From contig NC_043021.1 of NCBI RefSeq assembly GCF_006345805.1, forward strand, positions 14,446,001-14,510,000: a stretch of DNA of 64,000 bases, given 5' to 3'. Both the position numbers and the translations under genes were made by a program. Under the pieces are notes generated by a model that was given only the letters and a program-made list of their open reading frames with translations, was not told the DNA's origin and did no database searches. Position 1 is the first letter of the stretch; the number at the start of each line of letters is the position of its first letter. Shown here piece by piece: positions 24,535 to 37,267 of this stretch. Origin of the DNA: Octopus sinensis. Its lineage: Eukaryota.

Positions 24535-24599
24535 GATATAAAGACACTTTCAAGTGAAAAGTGTCAAATACCTTGACAAAATCATATGTTAATGCAGTG
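24535..24599 (+). CDS. Probable extra kinesin-6 exon (loop L6 insert) with a 1-nt frameshift in this sequence
   Basis: Acceptor ttcttttgtaccttgccag|, donor GTG|gtatgc. 65 nt as given; adding one base in gaaaa (24556-60) gives open DIKTLSSEKVSNTLTKSYVNAV in phase 0/0. Confidence 0.5.
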
Positions 24600-24685
24600 G
24601 TATGCTTAAATCATTTATATGAGTATAACATATATTTCTATTTGTACATTACATATATTTATACATACATTTTTTTATATTGCAG

Positions 24686-24761
24686 GAATCTGATAACCAG
24701 AGCACTTTTGCAGACAGTGGTCGTGAGTCATGTACCTTAGATGCCCAAGAGACCACCCACG
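24686..24761 (+). CDS. KIF20A: Kinesin-6 coding exon 4 (L6 insertion)
   Basis: ttttttatattgcag| ESDNQSTFADSGRESCTLDAQETTH G|gtgagg; phase 0 to 1 bridges the flanking exons exactly. Confidence 0.8.
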
Positions 24762-25103
24762 GTGAGGATGTGGCAATAGCCAAAGAGAGGGTGGTGGTGG
24801 GGGGCATGCATTCATCATCATCATCATCATCATTTAGTGTCCGCATTCCATGCTAGCATGGGTTAGACGGTTCAACTGGGGTCTGTGAAGCCAGAAAGCT
24901 GCATCAGGCCCAGTCTGATCTGGCAGTGTTTCTACGGCTGGATGCCCTTCCTAACGGATGGTGCTTTTTACGTGCCACCGGCACCTCATTATGAAAAGTA
25001 AATGGAGGGGTGTCTGTTGTTGTAGAACTATCGGACGGATTACTAAGCCAGGGAGCTAAAACCTCTTCACATCTTCGACTGAGGACATGGGCCTCTCATT
25101 ACT

Positions 25104-25486
25104 CATTTACTTGTTTCAGTCATTTGACTGTGGCCATGCTGGGGCACCACCTTTAGTCAAGCAAATCGACCCCAGGACTTATTCTTTGTAAGCCTAGTAC
25201 TTATTCTATCGGTCTCTTTTGCCGAACCGCTAAGTAACGGTGACGTAAACACACTAGCATCGGTTGTCAAGCGATGTTGGGGGATAAACACAACACACAA
25301 ACATACACACATATACATATATGCGACAAGCTTCTTTCAGTTTCCGTCTACCAAATCTACTCACAAGGTTTTGGTCGGCCCGAGGCTATAGTAGAAGACA
25401 CTTGCCCAAGGTGCCACGCAGTGGGACTGAACCCGGAACCATGTGGTTCATAAGCAGTCTACTTACCACACAGACACTCCTACGCC
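25104..25486 (-). mobile_element. Full-length S2 SINE
   Basis: Family match. Confidence 0.85.
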
Positions 25487-25919
25487 TTCACTCCTGGCCC
25501 TTCACTATTTAATGTTTTTGCCTTTTAATTGATGACTGATTAATTACCATATATGTTTGTAATTAACCCTTTAGCATTCAGATTACTCTGTCAAATATAA
25601 TGCTTATTTAAAAAGTTTTTTAAAAAAATTTATCTAGTTTCAGCTCACGAGCTGTGGCCATGCTGGGGCACCGCCTTTGTTCACATTGTTTTGAAATAAC
25701 CATGCATTCTTTCATGGTTTTGAGATTTCAGTTTTGCAATTGTATATTTTTGGAATGACAGTGTAGAATAGGTGAGATAGGCCAGATCCAGTCAAAACAA
25801 AATTTTAGCCAGATATGGCCTGGTTAAATTGCAGGACTTTATCAAAAAACTGCATGTGACTTATTGCTGTGCGTTAGAAATTTGCAGCTTGCACTAATGC
25901 ACAATCATGTGCACATCAG

Positions 25920-26205
25920 TGCCGGGCCGTTGCCAGTGCCGCCTTAGCTGGCTTCCGTGCCGGTGGCACGTTAAAAGCTCCAACTGATCGTGGCCGATGC
26001 TGGACCCCCTGGCACCTGTGCAGGTGGCACGTAAAAAGCACCCACTACACTCGCGGAATGGTTGGCGTTAGGAAGGGCATCCAGCTGTAGAAACTCTGCC
26101 AGATCAGACTGGAGCCTGGTGCAGCCCCTGGCTTCCCAGACCCCGGTCAAACCGTCCAACCCGTGCTAGCGCGGAAAATGGACGGTAAACGATGATGATG
26201 ATGAT
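25920..26205 (+). mobile_element. S3 retroposon copy
   Basis: Family match with (GAT)n tail. Confidence 0.75.
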
Positions 26206-26588
26206 ATGGTTATTTCAGTCAAGTGATTGAAACAAGTAACAGAATGACCCTTCCAAATGCTAACCACTTTACAGTGTGAACTGGTTGCTTTTTGCTTGGC
26301 ACCAGCTCTGGTAGGGTCACCGAGTAACTTGCAAGACAAGGAATTTTGAGTGGGGCAGGGGAATTTGTGTCAGAGGATGAAAAGTTAGAATATGACAGAG
26401 AGGCAGAAACAGGGGTCTTGACATAGAGGAGGTGCATGGTACCGAGTAAGATAGGCACAAGAAGTTTCTATGTCCTGAATTCACTTTCACAGCTTTTGAG
26501 AACCTAGAAGTATAGCAGACAGTATTTGCTCGAGGTGCCATGCAGGAGGAAAGAACCTGTGAATCGTGTAGTTGTGAAATGAACTTAA

Positions 26589-26970
26589 CCCTTTCGTTAC
26601 CAACCCGGCTGAAACCAGCTCTGGCTCTTTAGTACAAATGTCTGGTTTTCACAAGTTCTGAATTAAAATCTTCCACCGAACCTGAGTCACAATTTACGTC
26701 CCTAACTCTAGCTTGACCCTTTAGTGTTGAGATTACTCTGTTAAATGTAATACTTTTTCACTCAAATTGTTTTGAATATTGTAGGTTAGGTGTGAGAGGC
26801 TAGATATTGCCAGTTTGAATATAAAACATTTAGAATATTTGGGCCGGATATGGCCGGTTTAAACACTTAAGCGTTAATGATTACGATATTATTTTACTTA
26901 ATTCTTTGTTATATTTAAAATAATTGGAAGAAACACTGAGCATCTCAAAATAAATTCAGTAAGGAAAGGG
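26589..26970. mobile_element. piggyBac MITE A with nested MITE B (26717-26873)
   Basis: Outer TTAA-CCCTTTCG...GAAAGGG-TTAA; inner TTGA-CCCTTTAGTG...CACTTAAGCG-TTAA. Confidence 0.8.
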
Positions 26971-27094
26971 TTAAAACGGTCGTGTGATCCTTAGGAGCTT
27001 CCATAGAATTTACCAACATTTTCATAATTTACGAATTTAAAATAATATCAATTGTTAAGACATACCTCAAACATGAATTTGTTTTTCTCCTCAG

Positions 27095-27298
27095 ATTCTG
27101 ATGTTAATGAAGAAGACTTGCTGCGTTCCACCCATCTGGATGACTCTGCGTTCTCGGGCCAAATAAAGTATTCGGTATGGATCAGTTTTGCTGAGGTATA
27201 CAATGAGAATGTGTTTGATCTTCTGGTTACTCCTCTCCATAAGAAGCGGAATCCCTTGAAGTTGGGTCAGGACAAAAACAGTAACCATTACATTCGTG
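27095..27298 (+). CDS. KIF20A: Kinesin-6 coding exon 5
   Basis: YSVWISFAEVYNENVFDLL motor motif; ctcag| and G|gtgagt; phase 1 to 1. Confidence 0.95.
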
Positions 27299-28185
27299 GT
27301 GAGTAATATTTCTTTTGACTTTTGTATGGTAACAATTGAGTTGGATGGATGCACATCAATGGTTTCGTTAACATCCTCATCACCATCGTCATCTAATGTC
27401 CAATTCTTGCATAAATCGGATGGAATTTGACAGATTTTCTTGGGCCAGATGCCTTTCCTGTCTCTGACCCACACCTATTTCTAAGTAAAGTTTAACCATG
27501 GCCAGACATGTTTTCACGGCAGATTTGTATTTAAGGGTCACTGGTAGTAATGACATGTCACTCATTTACAACTATCATGCGTTAGGAAAGGCATCCGACT
27601 GTAGAGGCCAAATAAGACTGGAACCTGGTGCAGCTCTCCAGCTTACCAGTTCCAGTCAAACCGTCCAACCCATGCCAGCATGGAAAAAGCACATTAAATG
27701 ATAATGATGGTACAATATCAAGAAAAGGTCACATAAAACACACACTGCATAAAACAGGTTTCTTTGATTTTCTGTCTACCAAACCTGCTGACAAGGCTTT
27801 GGTTGGCCTAGGGCTATAATTAAAGACCCTTGTTCAGTATGCCATACATATACGTATAATGTGTGCTTTTTTTTTTCTATATTTTCATTCACATACAGGC
27901 GTGGCTGTGTGGTAAGAAGCTTGCTTTCTACCCACATGGTTCCGGGTTCAGTTTCACTGCATGACAGGTGTCTGCTACTATAACCTCAAGCCTTGTGAGT
28001 GGATTTGGTAGACAGAAACTGAAAGAAGCTGGTTGTATATTTGCATGTATATATGTGTGTGTGTTAAGAGCTTAACGTCCATTCTCACTTGACATCTTTT
28101 CTGTCTTAAAATCCCAATCCCTGATTGTTATCATTCACTGATTGCTTTTTGATACGCTTGTTTTCATTTCTTACACATGTGACAG

Positions 28186-28297
28186 GTTTGACAGAAGTAA
28201 ATGTTTCATCCATTGAAGAGGCCCAGAAAGTGTTGATTCTTGGCCAGAAAAATCTCCACAAAGCTGCCACAAAACTCAATCACAATTCCTCTCGAAG
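28186..28297 (+). CDS. KIF20A: Kinesin-6 coding exon 6 (switch I)
   Basis: GLTEVNVSSIEEAQKVLILGQKN...TKLNHNSSR(S); gacag| and AG|gtaagg; phase 1 to 2. Confidence 0.95.
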
Positions 28298-29842
28298 GTA
28301 AGGCTACATCGTTGGTTTATTCCAGTGGTTTTCAACCAGGGTTCCGCCAGTACAGTCCAGGTGTTCCGCAAGAAGTTACAAAACTGCTAAAATCGGCAGT
28401 AATTTTCAAGTCTCCTGTGCAGATATGTATGCATAAGACTATTAAATTATTGCACAGGGGTTCCTCGAGCCAATGGAATGTTTCCTTGGGGTTCCGCTCC
28501 AGCAAAAAGTTTGAAAAGCACTGGTTTATTCTTTTGTGGGCCCATGGTTCTTGCTATCATCAAATCTCATCTGTTTCCAAGTGGAGTAATAATATTCCTC
28601 CCAGTCCCTCACACAAGCATGGACTTGTCTAGACAAGTGAAATGCAAACTGGACACTGACCCACACACACGACAGAAAAGCAAGATATGGATGCAATATT
28701 CTTTTATTCTTGTTTCAGTCATTTGATTGCGGTCATGATGGCGCACCTCCTTTAGTTGAGCAAATTGACTCCAGGACTTATTCTTTGTCAGCCTTTTACT
28801 TATTCTATCAGTCTCTTTTGCTGAACTGCTAATGTTATGGGGACGTGAACACACCAACGCTGGTTGTCAAGTGGTGATGGACACACTGAGATATATATAT
28901 ATCATCATCATCATTTAGCGTCCGTTTTCCATGCTAGCATGGGTTGGACGGTTCAACTGGGGTCTGTGAAGCTGGAAGGCTTCATCAGGCCCAGTCAGAT
29001 CTGGCAGTATATATATATATATATATATCTGATGGGCTTCTCTCAGTTTCCTTCTACCAAATCCACTCATGAGGTTTTGGTTGGCCTGAGGCTATAGAAG
29101 TCTCCTGCCCAAGTTGCCACACAGTGGGACTGAACCCGGAACCATGTGGTTGGGGAAGAAGCTTCTTACCACATAGTTGCACTTGAGTGTGTTTGTATAT
29201 ATTCAAACATAGACAACAGGCTTCTTTCAGTTTTCCATGTACCAGTTGTACTCAAGTCTTTTGCTGGCCTGAAGCTATAGTAAGAGACACTTGTCCAAGG
29301 TGCCACACACTGGGACTGAACCCAAAACCATGTGGTTGGGAAGCAAACTGCTAAACCACACAGACTTCATAATGTAAAATACGTATGAAAAATGCATTCA
29401 GATCTACTTGGCACTTTGTGGCATTTTGTCCACACGGTGGGAACCCAAGAAGAGGTTCAGGGATCATCTTAAGCTTGCCCTCAACTCCTGCAACATTCAA
29501 CCAGCACAACATGAATACTTTGCTCAGAACTGGTAAACCTGGCGCTCCTTCTGCGACGAAAGAGCTGCACGCTTTGAACTAATCCGACATGAGAAATTTC
29601 AGGAAAAGAGACATGAACATCATCTCTGACACACCATCAGCATAATGGGCAACTTCTCTTGTCATCTGTGTTCAGGGACATGCCATTCCAGGATCGGACT
29701 GTTTTCACATCTATCAACTCCCAAAATGTTGGGTGAGACTCCTAGAGTACAACATTGACAGACAGCTATAAGCAGTAAGGTAAAGGCTCTCAAAGAGAGG
29801 GTCAAATATGGCTCCTAGTTTGAGATTTTCTTCGTAATTATA

Positions 29843-29979
29843 AGGTTGTCCCAAAAGTTCGTAGAAAGTCTTGGAAAATAATGGTCTTTATTTTTAGGAA
29901 TAATTTTTGTTGTTTTTGTTAGTACTTGGCGAGTAAAAATTCAATTTTCGCAAGTGTTTATGAACTTTTGGGACAACCT
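29843..29979. mobile_element. Small Tc1/mariner-type MITE
   Basis: 18-bp TIR aggttgtcccaaaagttc / gaacttttgggacaacct in TA-rich flanks. Confidence 0.7.
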
Positions 29980-30092
29980 AATATAAGTTGTCACAATACG
30001 AGATTTTTTTTTTGTCACATTATATGTATGTCATATGTCATAATATTAGGTTGTTATAATATTAAACTTGCTTCTTCTCATTCTTGTTGCAG

Positions 30093-30164
30093 CCATTGTA
30101 TATTTAATATCAAACTTGTACAAGTTGTTAACAGAAAGAACCCAAGTGTGGCTAAAGTGAGCAT
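30093..30164 (+). CDS. KIF20A: Kinesin-6 coding exon 7
   Basis: (S)HCIFNIKLVQV...VS(M) completes SSRSH; ttgcag| and AT|gtaagt; phase 2 to 2. Confidence 0.9.
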
Positions 30165-31333
30165 GTAAGTACTCCTCGACGTTTGTTACAAATATTCCCC
30201 CTCTCTTTGTGTCTGTATGTGTTGTTATTTGTTCCCTCTCGAGTGATGCCTAGCTCATAAGGGCTGGTTTCATTGGCCTATAGGTTCCTCAGCTGGTGGG
30301 CTGCTAGATGCAGGAGGAAAGAGTGAGAGAAAGTTGTAGCGAAAGAGTCAGTAGAAATTTGCCATTACCTTCTGCCGGAGCCACGTGGATCTTCGGTATT
30401 TTGATCATAAACACACACATTGCCCAGTCTGAGATTTGAACCTGCGATCCTGCACTGCAGGTCTGTTGCTCTAACCACTAGGCCATGTCCCTATGTACAT
30501 TATTATTATTATTGTGTGAGCGAGTTGTTAAAGCATTAGATAAAACCTTGTCATTTCTAGTTATTTCCTGTTTGCACTGTACTCAAATTTCATTGTGTTT
30601 AAGTTTTGCTTTTCATTTTTTGGGGGTTGATGAAATAAAAGACCAGTTGAGCACAAGGGTTGATGAAATAAGCTAGTCCCTCTCCCCACAAATTTCAGGT
30701 CTTCTACCATTGAAACCATTATTATTATTATTAAGGCAGTGAGCTGGCAGAATTGTTAGCATGCTGGGCAAAATGCTTCACGGCATTTCGTCTGTCCTTA
30801 CACCCCAAGTTCAAATTCCGCTGAGGTCGATTTTACCTTTCATCTTTTCAGGGCTGATAAATTAAGTACCAGTGGAGTACTGAGGTTAATGTAATCAACT
30901 TTCCCTCTCCACTCAAATTCCAGGCCTTACTGCCCCCGAGTAAATTCTTCATTATTTTCAAAATTTAATTTAATTAAAGGCAGTGCATTTCCATTCGAAA
31001 TATGGTAACGAAAAGGTTAAAGTAGGAGTTCAAGCAGGTGCATGTATGAAAGTGCTGTTAGATAGAACCCTTTACAACGATGTGATTTGTGGCTTCACTG
31101 CTGTTTCTAGCACTTCATTTGGCTGTGTAGAGGCTCCTTTATTTGGTTGTTAGAGGGAGGGCAGGCTTTGCTTTTTGGTTTAAGGTGTTGAACTGGCAGA
31201 ATTGTTGGCACATCACACAAAAATGCTTAGTGGCATTTTATCCATCTTTCAAATTCTTCCAATGTCGACTTTGCCTTTCATCCTTCATAAATTAAGTACC
31301 AGTTGTGCACTTGGGTTGATGTAATCGACTTAA

Positions 31334-31551
31334 CCCTTTAGCATTCAGATTACTGTCAAATGTAAAGCCTGTTTAATCACATTGTTTTAAATTAATTGTA
31401 CAGCATCTTGTAACTCTGAGATTTTGATGATGTCCCTGTTTATTTTTAGAATGACTTTGTAGAGTAGGTGTGAGAGGTCAGAGCTGGCTGGTTTGAGCAT
31501 ATAACAAGAAGACAATTTTGGCCTGATATGGCCGGTTTAAACACTAAAGGG
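31334..31551. mobile_element. piggyBac-type MITE family B
   Basis: TTAA-CCCTTTAG...CTAAAGGG-TTAA. Confidence 0.85.
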
Positions 31552-31632
31552 TTAAACTCTTCCTCTGAAATTGCTGGCCTTGCGCCAAAATTTGAATCTA
31601 ATGGTTATTTGTTTTTGTATTTTTCTTTCTAG

Positions 31633-31779
31633 GTTGTCTCTCTGTGACTTGGCAGGTAGTGAGCGTACGTGTAAGACCAATTCCACAGGTGATCGTCTGA
31701 AAGAGGCTGGCAACATCAACACTTCACTGCTGACACTTGGCCGGTGCATTGAGACAATGAGAAGTAATCAGTTAAGAAA
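31633..31779 (+). CDS. KIF20A: Kinesin-6 coding exon 8 (switch II)
   Basis: [11 protein letters not shown]...[19 protein letters not shown]; ttctag| and AA|gtgagt; phase 2 to 2. Confidence 0.97.
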
Positions 31780-31934
31780 GTGAGTTTACTGATGTGGTTT
31801 CATTGAGGCAGGTTTTATACGGTTGGATGCCTTTCCTGTCCCCAACCCTCATTTGCTGCCAAACAAGATAAAGTTTCCCCATAACTTGACATTTGAAGGA
31901 AAATAGTGTTGAAAAATATAAATCCGACATACTC

Positions 31935-32130
31935 TGTTACTTGTTTCATTCATTTGACTGCGGCCATGCTGGAGCACCGCCTTTAATCGAGCAACTCGAC
32001 CCCGGGACTTATTCTTTTGTAAGCCCAGTACTGATTCTATCGGTCTCTTTTGCCGAACCGCTAAGTAACGGGGACACAGCAGCATCGGTTGTCGAGCAAT
32101 GCTAGGGGACAAACACACACACGCATATGC

Positions 32131-32161
<31 letters not shown>

Positions 32162-32327
32162 TACGACGGGCTTCTTTCAGTTTCCCTCTACCAAATCCAC
32201 TCACAAGGCTTTGGTCGGCCGGAGGCTATAGTAGAAAACACTTGCCCAAGGTGCCACGCAGTGGGACTGAGCCCGGAACCATGTGGTTGGTAGACAAGCT
32301 ACTTACCACACAGCCACTCCTGCGCCT
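31935..32327 (-). mobile_element. Full-length S2 SINE
   Basis: Family match. Confidence 0.85.
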
Positions 32328-33097
32328 GATCAACTTAGGATCTGTCAGTCAGAACAGAACTCATAAGTGGAGGAGGAGGTGTATTTTATGCTCTTTCAAA
32401 GGTTGTCTGTGCAATGGCTGTTGTCAACCGACTGAACGGCTGTGTGTTATTTAATGGATCTTTATCGGCTTCTATGATGAGTGTTTAGTCTGATCAACTG
32501 AACTCCTTGCCTTTAATTAGCATGTAATTGGCTGAGTACTCTACAGTAATTTTCATGTACAATTGCCATGATATAAGGTTTGTGTGGGCGGGCAGGCCTA
32601 GATGTGAACTGTATGGAAGTTTATCCATCTGACAAGCTTCCTTACAGTTTCCATCTTATTTTCACTCACATGGCTTGAGTCAACCTGAAGCTATGATAGA
32701 TCCCTTTTGACCAAAATGTGCAGTGGGATCGACCCGAGACCATGTGAATGTGAAGCACACTTAGCCATTTGGCCATGCTTATTGTACCTTGATGGTATTT
32801 AGTTTTGGCCCCATTGCTGTCTGTGACCCTCATCATTATTTAATGTCCCATGCTGGCATGGGTTGGTTGGATCAACAGTGAGCTCCAGTGTCTGTTTTGG
32901 CAAGGATTCTACAGTGGAGGCCCCTCCTAACACCAACCAATTTACAGAGTGGACTTATGCTGTTTCTTTGTTTTTTCATGGCATCGGAACTGTGTGACTT
33001 GCAAGCCTAAAGACTTTGATGGCCCCTATTACTGATGAAGAGTAGAAAAGAGAAGGAATGTGATAATTCTGGCTGGAGTGATGAGGGACGGTATTTT

Positions 33098-33399
33098 GGA
33101 TCTTTACCTTTTGACCTACAGATATAAAAAAAAATAATTTTTTGTAACTAAACACTTTCAAACTCCGGACACTGGTAGAATGTGTCATATAAAACATCTT
33201 TTACTCTTAGCATTGATTGGTTGAAAGTACCGAAATACGACAACTTTAACGTGAAATAACTTCGTAAATATAACTTTTTCTCAAAAACACTAAGAGTAAA
33301 AGATATTTTATATGACACATTCTACCAGTGTCCAAAGTTTGAAAGTGTTTAGTTACAAAAAATTATTTTTTAAATCTGTGGGTCAAAAGAGAAAGATCC
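33098..33399. mobile_element. GGATC...GATCC MITE (~110-bp TIRs, degenerate 8-bp TSD)
   Basis: Flanks ggtatttt / agcatttt; same subfamily as 50912-51279. Confidence 0.8.
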
Positions 33400-33477
33400 A
33401 GCATTTTCTGATGTCGGGCGTGAAAATACCTTGCTTTATTTCATATCTTTTTCTTTTTCCCCGTTTCTTATTTCTAG

Positions 33478-33755
33478 GGAGTTTCCAAAGTTGATTCCTT
33501 ACCGAGACAGCAAGTTGACCCGTCTTTTCCAGGGTTTCTTCAATGGTCATGGTGAGGCCATAATGATTGTCAACGTGAACAAATGCAGCACTTTGTTTGA
33601 TGAAACTCTGCAGGTGTTCAAGTTTTCGGCTATTGCCAAGCAGGTAGTCATTCAAAAGGACCCACTGAAGTCACCGTCTGTCAACATCTCACCCGTGCTC
33701 CCTGTCAAGCCTCTCTCAAACCTTGAAAGGGATTCTATACCCTGGGCTACAGATG
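33478..33755 (+). CDS. KIF20A: Kinesin-6 coding exon 9 (end of motor)
   Basis: IPYRDSKLTRLFQGFF..G...MIVNVN.....DETLQVFKFSAIAKQV; tttctag| and G|gtaaac; phase 2 to 1. Confidence 0.95.
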
Positions 33756-34149
33756 GTAAACAATTTTAATCACATTCACATGTACACTTTTTAATTATAG
33801 CATGGAAGGCAGATGTTAAACAGTTAAATGATGATGATGATTATATGTATATATATATATATCAAGTACCAGTTACGCACTGGGGTTGATGTAATCGACT
33901 TAATCCCTTTGTCTGTCCTTGTTTAGCCCCTTGTGGGCAATAAAGAAATAAGAAATCTATGGATGATTTAGCAGGTTGCTAATGTCTATGCAAATAATTA
34001 AATTAGTCAGCTGTTGAGCAGTGTGTCACCAAAATGGAAAACTATAATTCTCATAATTCAGTGCGAGAGATGAGAGCTAAAGCACTCTGATGCTGCACAC
34101 ACATGGTGGGCTTCTCTCAGTTTCCATCAACCTGAAGCTATTCTTTTTT

Positions 34150-34519
34150 TTCTTGTTTCAGTCTTTTGACTGCGGCCATGCTGGAGCACCGCCTTTTAGT
34201 TGAGCAAATCGACCCCAGGGCTTATGCTTTGTAAGCCTAGTACTTATTCTATTGGTCCCTTTTGCCGAACCGCTAAGTGACGGGGTTGTAAACACACCAG
34301 CATCGGTTGTCAAGCGATGTTGGGCAGACAAACACAGACACACATACATATATACGACAGGCTTCTTTTCAGTTTCCGTCTACCAAATCCACTCACAAGG
34401 CTTTGGTCGGCCCGAGGCTATAGTAGAAGACACTTGCCCAAGTTGCCACGCAGTGGGACTGAACCCGGAACCATGTGGTTGGTAAGCAAGCTACTTACCA
34501 CACAGCCACTCCTGTGCCT
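34150..34519 (-). mobile_element. Full-length S2 SINE
   Basis: Family match; its head seeds the adjacent tandem array. Confidence 0.85.
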
Positions 34520-35190
34520 ATAGTGCAAATGAAAAAAATAAAAAACTCGCCCAAAGTGCCACGCAGTAGGACAGAACCTGGAACCATGTGGTTGGTAAGC
34601 AAGCTACTTACCACACAGCCACTCCTATGCCTATAGTGCAAATGAAAAAAAAAAAAAAAAACTCGCCCAAAGTGCCACGCAGTAGGACAGAACCTGGAAC
34701 CATGTGGTGGTAAGCAAGCTACTTACCACACAGCCACTCCTATGCCTATAGTGCAAATGAAAAAAAAAAAAAAAACTCGCCCAAAGTGCCACGCAGTAGG
34801 ACAGAACCTGGAACCATGTGGTTGGTAAGCAAGCTACTTACCACACAGCCACTCCTATGCCTATAGTGCAAATGAAAAAAAAAAAAAAAACTCGCCCAAA
34901 GTGCCACGCAGTAGGACAGAACCTGGAACCATGTGGTTGGTAAGCAAGCTACTTACCACACAGCCACTCCTATGCCTATAGTGCAAATGAAAAAGAAAAA
35001 AAACTCGCCCAAAGTGCCACGCAGTAGGACAGAACCTGGAACCATGTGGTTGGTAAGCAAGCTACTTACCACACAGCCACTCCTATGCCTATAGTGCAAA
35101 TGAAAAAAAAAAAAAAAACTCGCCCAAAGTGCCACACAGTGGGACAGAACCTGGAACCATGTGGTTGGGAGGCAAACTTTTAACCACACA
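34520..35190. repeat. ~115-bp tandem array built from a SINE-SINE junction
   Basis: ctcgcccaaagtgcc recurs at 34546, 34662, 34776, 34891, 35004 and 35119; units differ mainly in poly-A length. Confidence 0.95.
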
Positions 35191-35595
35191 AACAGCCAGC
35201 ACCTTTGTCCATATTCATTCAGTCTCACTGGAAAATTAGGTCCCATAACATTTCCTCTGTAGCTTGCAACAAATTAATCTGAGTTTCACTGTTTCTTTGA
35301 AAATTCCTCAGTTAACCATTTCGCCATTAACCTGAGAGGTTTGGCCTTAGTTGGATGTTAAATAAATGAAGGATTTTACAGAGATAACATTTTATCCATG
35401 TAGTGGGGTTGACATGATGTTTTCTTGTTTTTTTTGTATATATATTTTCCCTCTCATCCAAACTGACTTCATTTCAAGGTATTTTGAGGGGTTTTTTTTT
35501 TTTTCTCACTCTTACTTTTTTTCCCCCCCCTCATTCACTCTTTGTCTGTACCTCTTTCTTTTTCTCTCACTCTTACTTTTACCCTATCTTTTCAG

Positions 35596-35693
35596 TCATT
35601 TTCAACGAACCACATCCATCTGATGTTGAACCACATCCATCTGATGTTGAAGACGAAACTTTTGAAGAAGAAGAACTCACCGAAAGAGAGAGT
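35596..35693 (+). CDS. KIF20A: Kinesin-6 coding exon 10 (acidic linker)
   Basis: cttttcag| (V)IFNEPHPSDVEPHPSDVEDETFEEEELTERES |gtaaat; phase 1 to 0 fits both neighbours. Confidence 0.75.
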
Positions 35694-36262
35694 GTAAATA
35701 CTATTTTTGTCATTTTCCTTCTCACCATTCATTGTTTCATTTATTCTGGCTTAGTGGTTAGAGTGTTACACTCATGGATCATAGGGCTGTGGTTTCAATT
35801 CCTGTATCAGGCAGTGTGTTGTGTTCTGGAACAAAAACCCTTCATTTCACCTCACTTCCATCCATTCTGCTAACAAAAACAAGTAATCATGCAACAGACC
35901 AATGTCCCATCCAGTGGGGAATATATATATGCCTCAGAAAGCTGGAAACTTGGTCTTAGGCGTCAATATGACTCAAGGAGGAACTTTATCCATCCTCCGT
36001 ATTTTGAAAGGATAACTGTGCCCTTTTGAGTAGCACCATCATCATCATAATCCCTTCTATTAAAGTTATACGGCCTGAAATTTGGTGGGAGGGGGACTAG
36101 TTGATTACATCAACCCCCCAGTGTTTCACTGGTACTTGATTTATCGATCCCAAAAGGATGAAAGGCAAATGTCGGCCCCGGTGGAATTTGAACTCAGAAT
36201 GTAAAGACGGATGAAATGCTGCTAAGCATTTTGCTAGTGATTCTGCCAGCTCGCTACCTTAA

Positions 36263-36483
36263 CCCTTTTGTTACTGTATTTATTTTGAGATGCTCTGTTT
36301 CTTTCAATTATTTTAGATATAAGTAAGAATTTATTAGTAAAATAACTTAGTTATCATTAAGTTAGTGTTAGGAGTGTAAATTGTGACTAAGGTTTGGTGG
36401 AATATTTTAATTCAAAACTTATGAAAACAAGACATTTTACCACAGAGCCAGAGCCGGTTTTGGCTGGGTTAGTAACAAAAGGG
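36263..36483. mobile_element. piggyBac-type MITE family A (reverse orientation)
   Basis: TTAA-CCCTTTTG...CAAAAGGG-TTAA. Confidence 0.85.
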
Positions 36484-37267
36484 TTAAATAATAATAATAA
36501 TACTTTTGGCGTTAGGAAGGGCATCCAGCTGTAGAAACTCTGCCAGATCAGATTGGAGCCTGGTGCAGCCATCTGGCTCACCAGTCCCCAGTCAAACTGT
36601 CCAACCCATGCCAGCATGGAAAGCGGACGTTAAATGATGATGATGATGAATATTAATAATTCTTTCTACTATAGGCGCAAGGCCTGAAGTTTAGGGAAGG
36701 GGACTAGTAGATTACAATAACCCCAGTACTCAACTGGTACTTATTTCATTGACCCCCCAAAAGGATGATAAGTAAATTCAACCTTGGTGGAATTTGAACT
36801 CAGAATATAGTGGCAGACGAAATACCACTAAGCAATTTAGCTGATGTGCTAACGATTCTGCAAGCTCGCTGTCTTAGGTCAAATTACTGATATAGGCACA
36901 AGGGTTGGAATTTTTTTTTTTTTTTTAATTTTTATCTAGTTTCAGCTCACAAGCTGTGGCCATGCTGGGGCACTGCCATGGTGAGGTTAGGCAATACCAT
37001 TAACTCAGTGTTTGTCTGGTGCCCTTTTTTTCTTTATTGACCTCACCTCCTCACTTCCAAAGGATGAAAGGAAAACTTGACCAAGGTCAGATTCCAACTC
37101 AGAGAAAATGCCTCCAGGATCATAGGGCTGTGGTTTCAATTCCTGTATCAGGTAGTGTGGAAATGCCTCCAGGCATTTTCTCTGATGCGCTAATGATTTT
37201 TCCCAGCTTGGCAGAGAAAGGGCTCAATCGATATTAACCCCAGCACTTGGTTGGTACTCTATTTTAA

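Noticed and set aside
23640-24625. Pair of H/ACA snoRNAs
   Set aside because: The first hairpin is shared but the second hairpin and ACA position are not. Exon duplication explains the splice signals and reading frames better.
20906-33755. Assignment to KIF23/MKLP1
   Set aside because: The P-loop GVTNSGKT and the motifs [17 protein letters not shown] and RDSKLTR.FQGFF fit the KIF20 branch; KIF20A versus KIF20B orthology cannot be separated without a tree.
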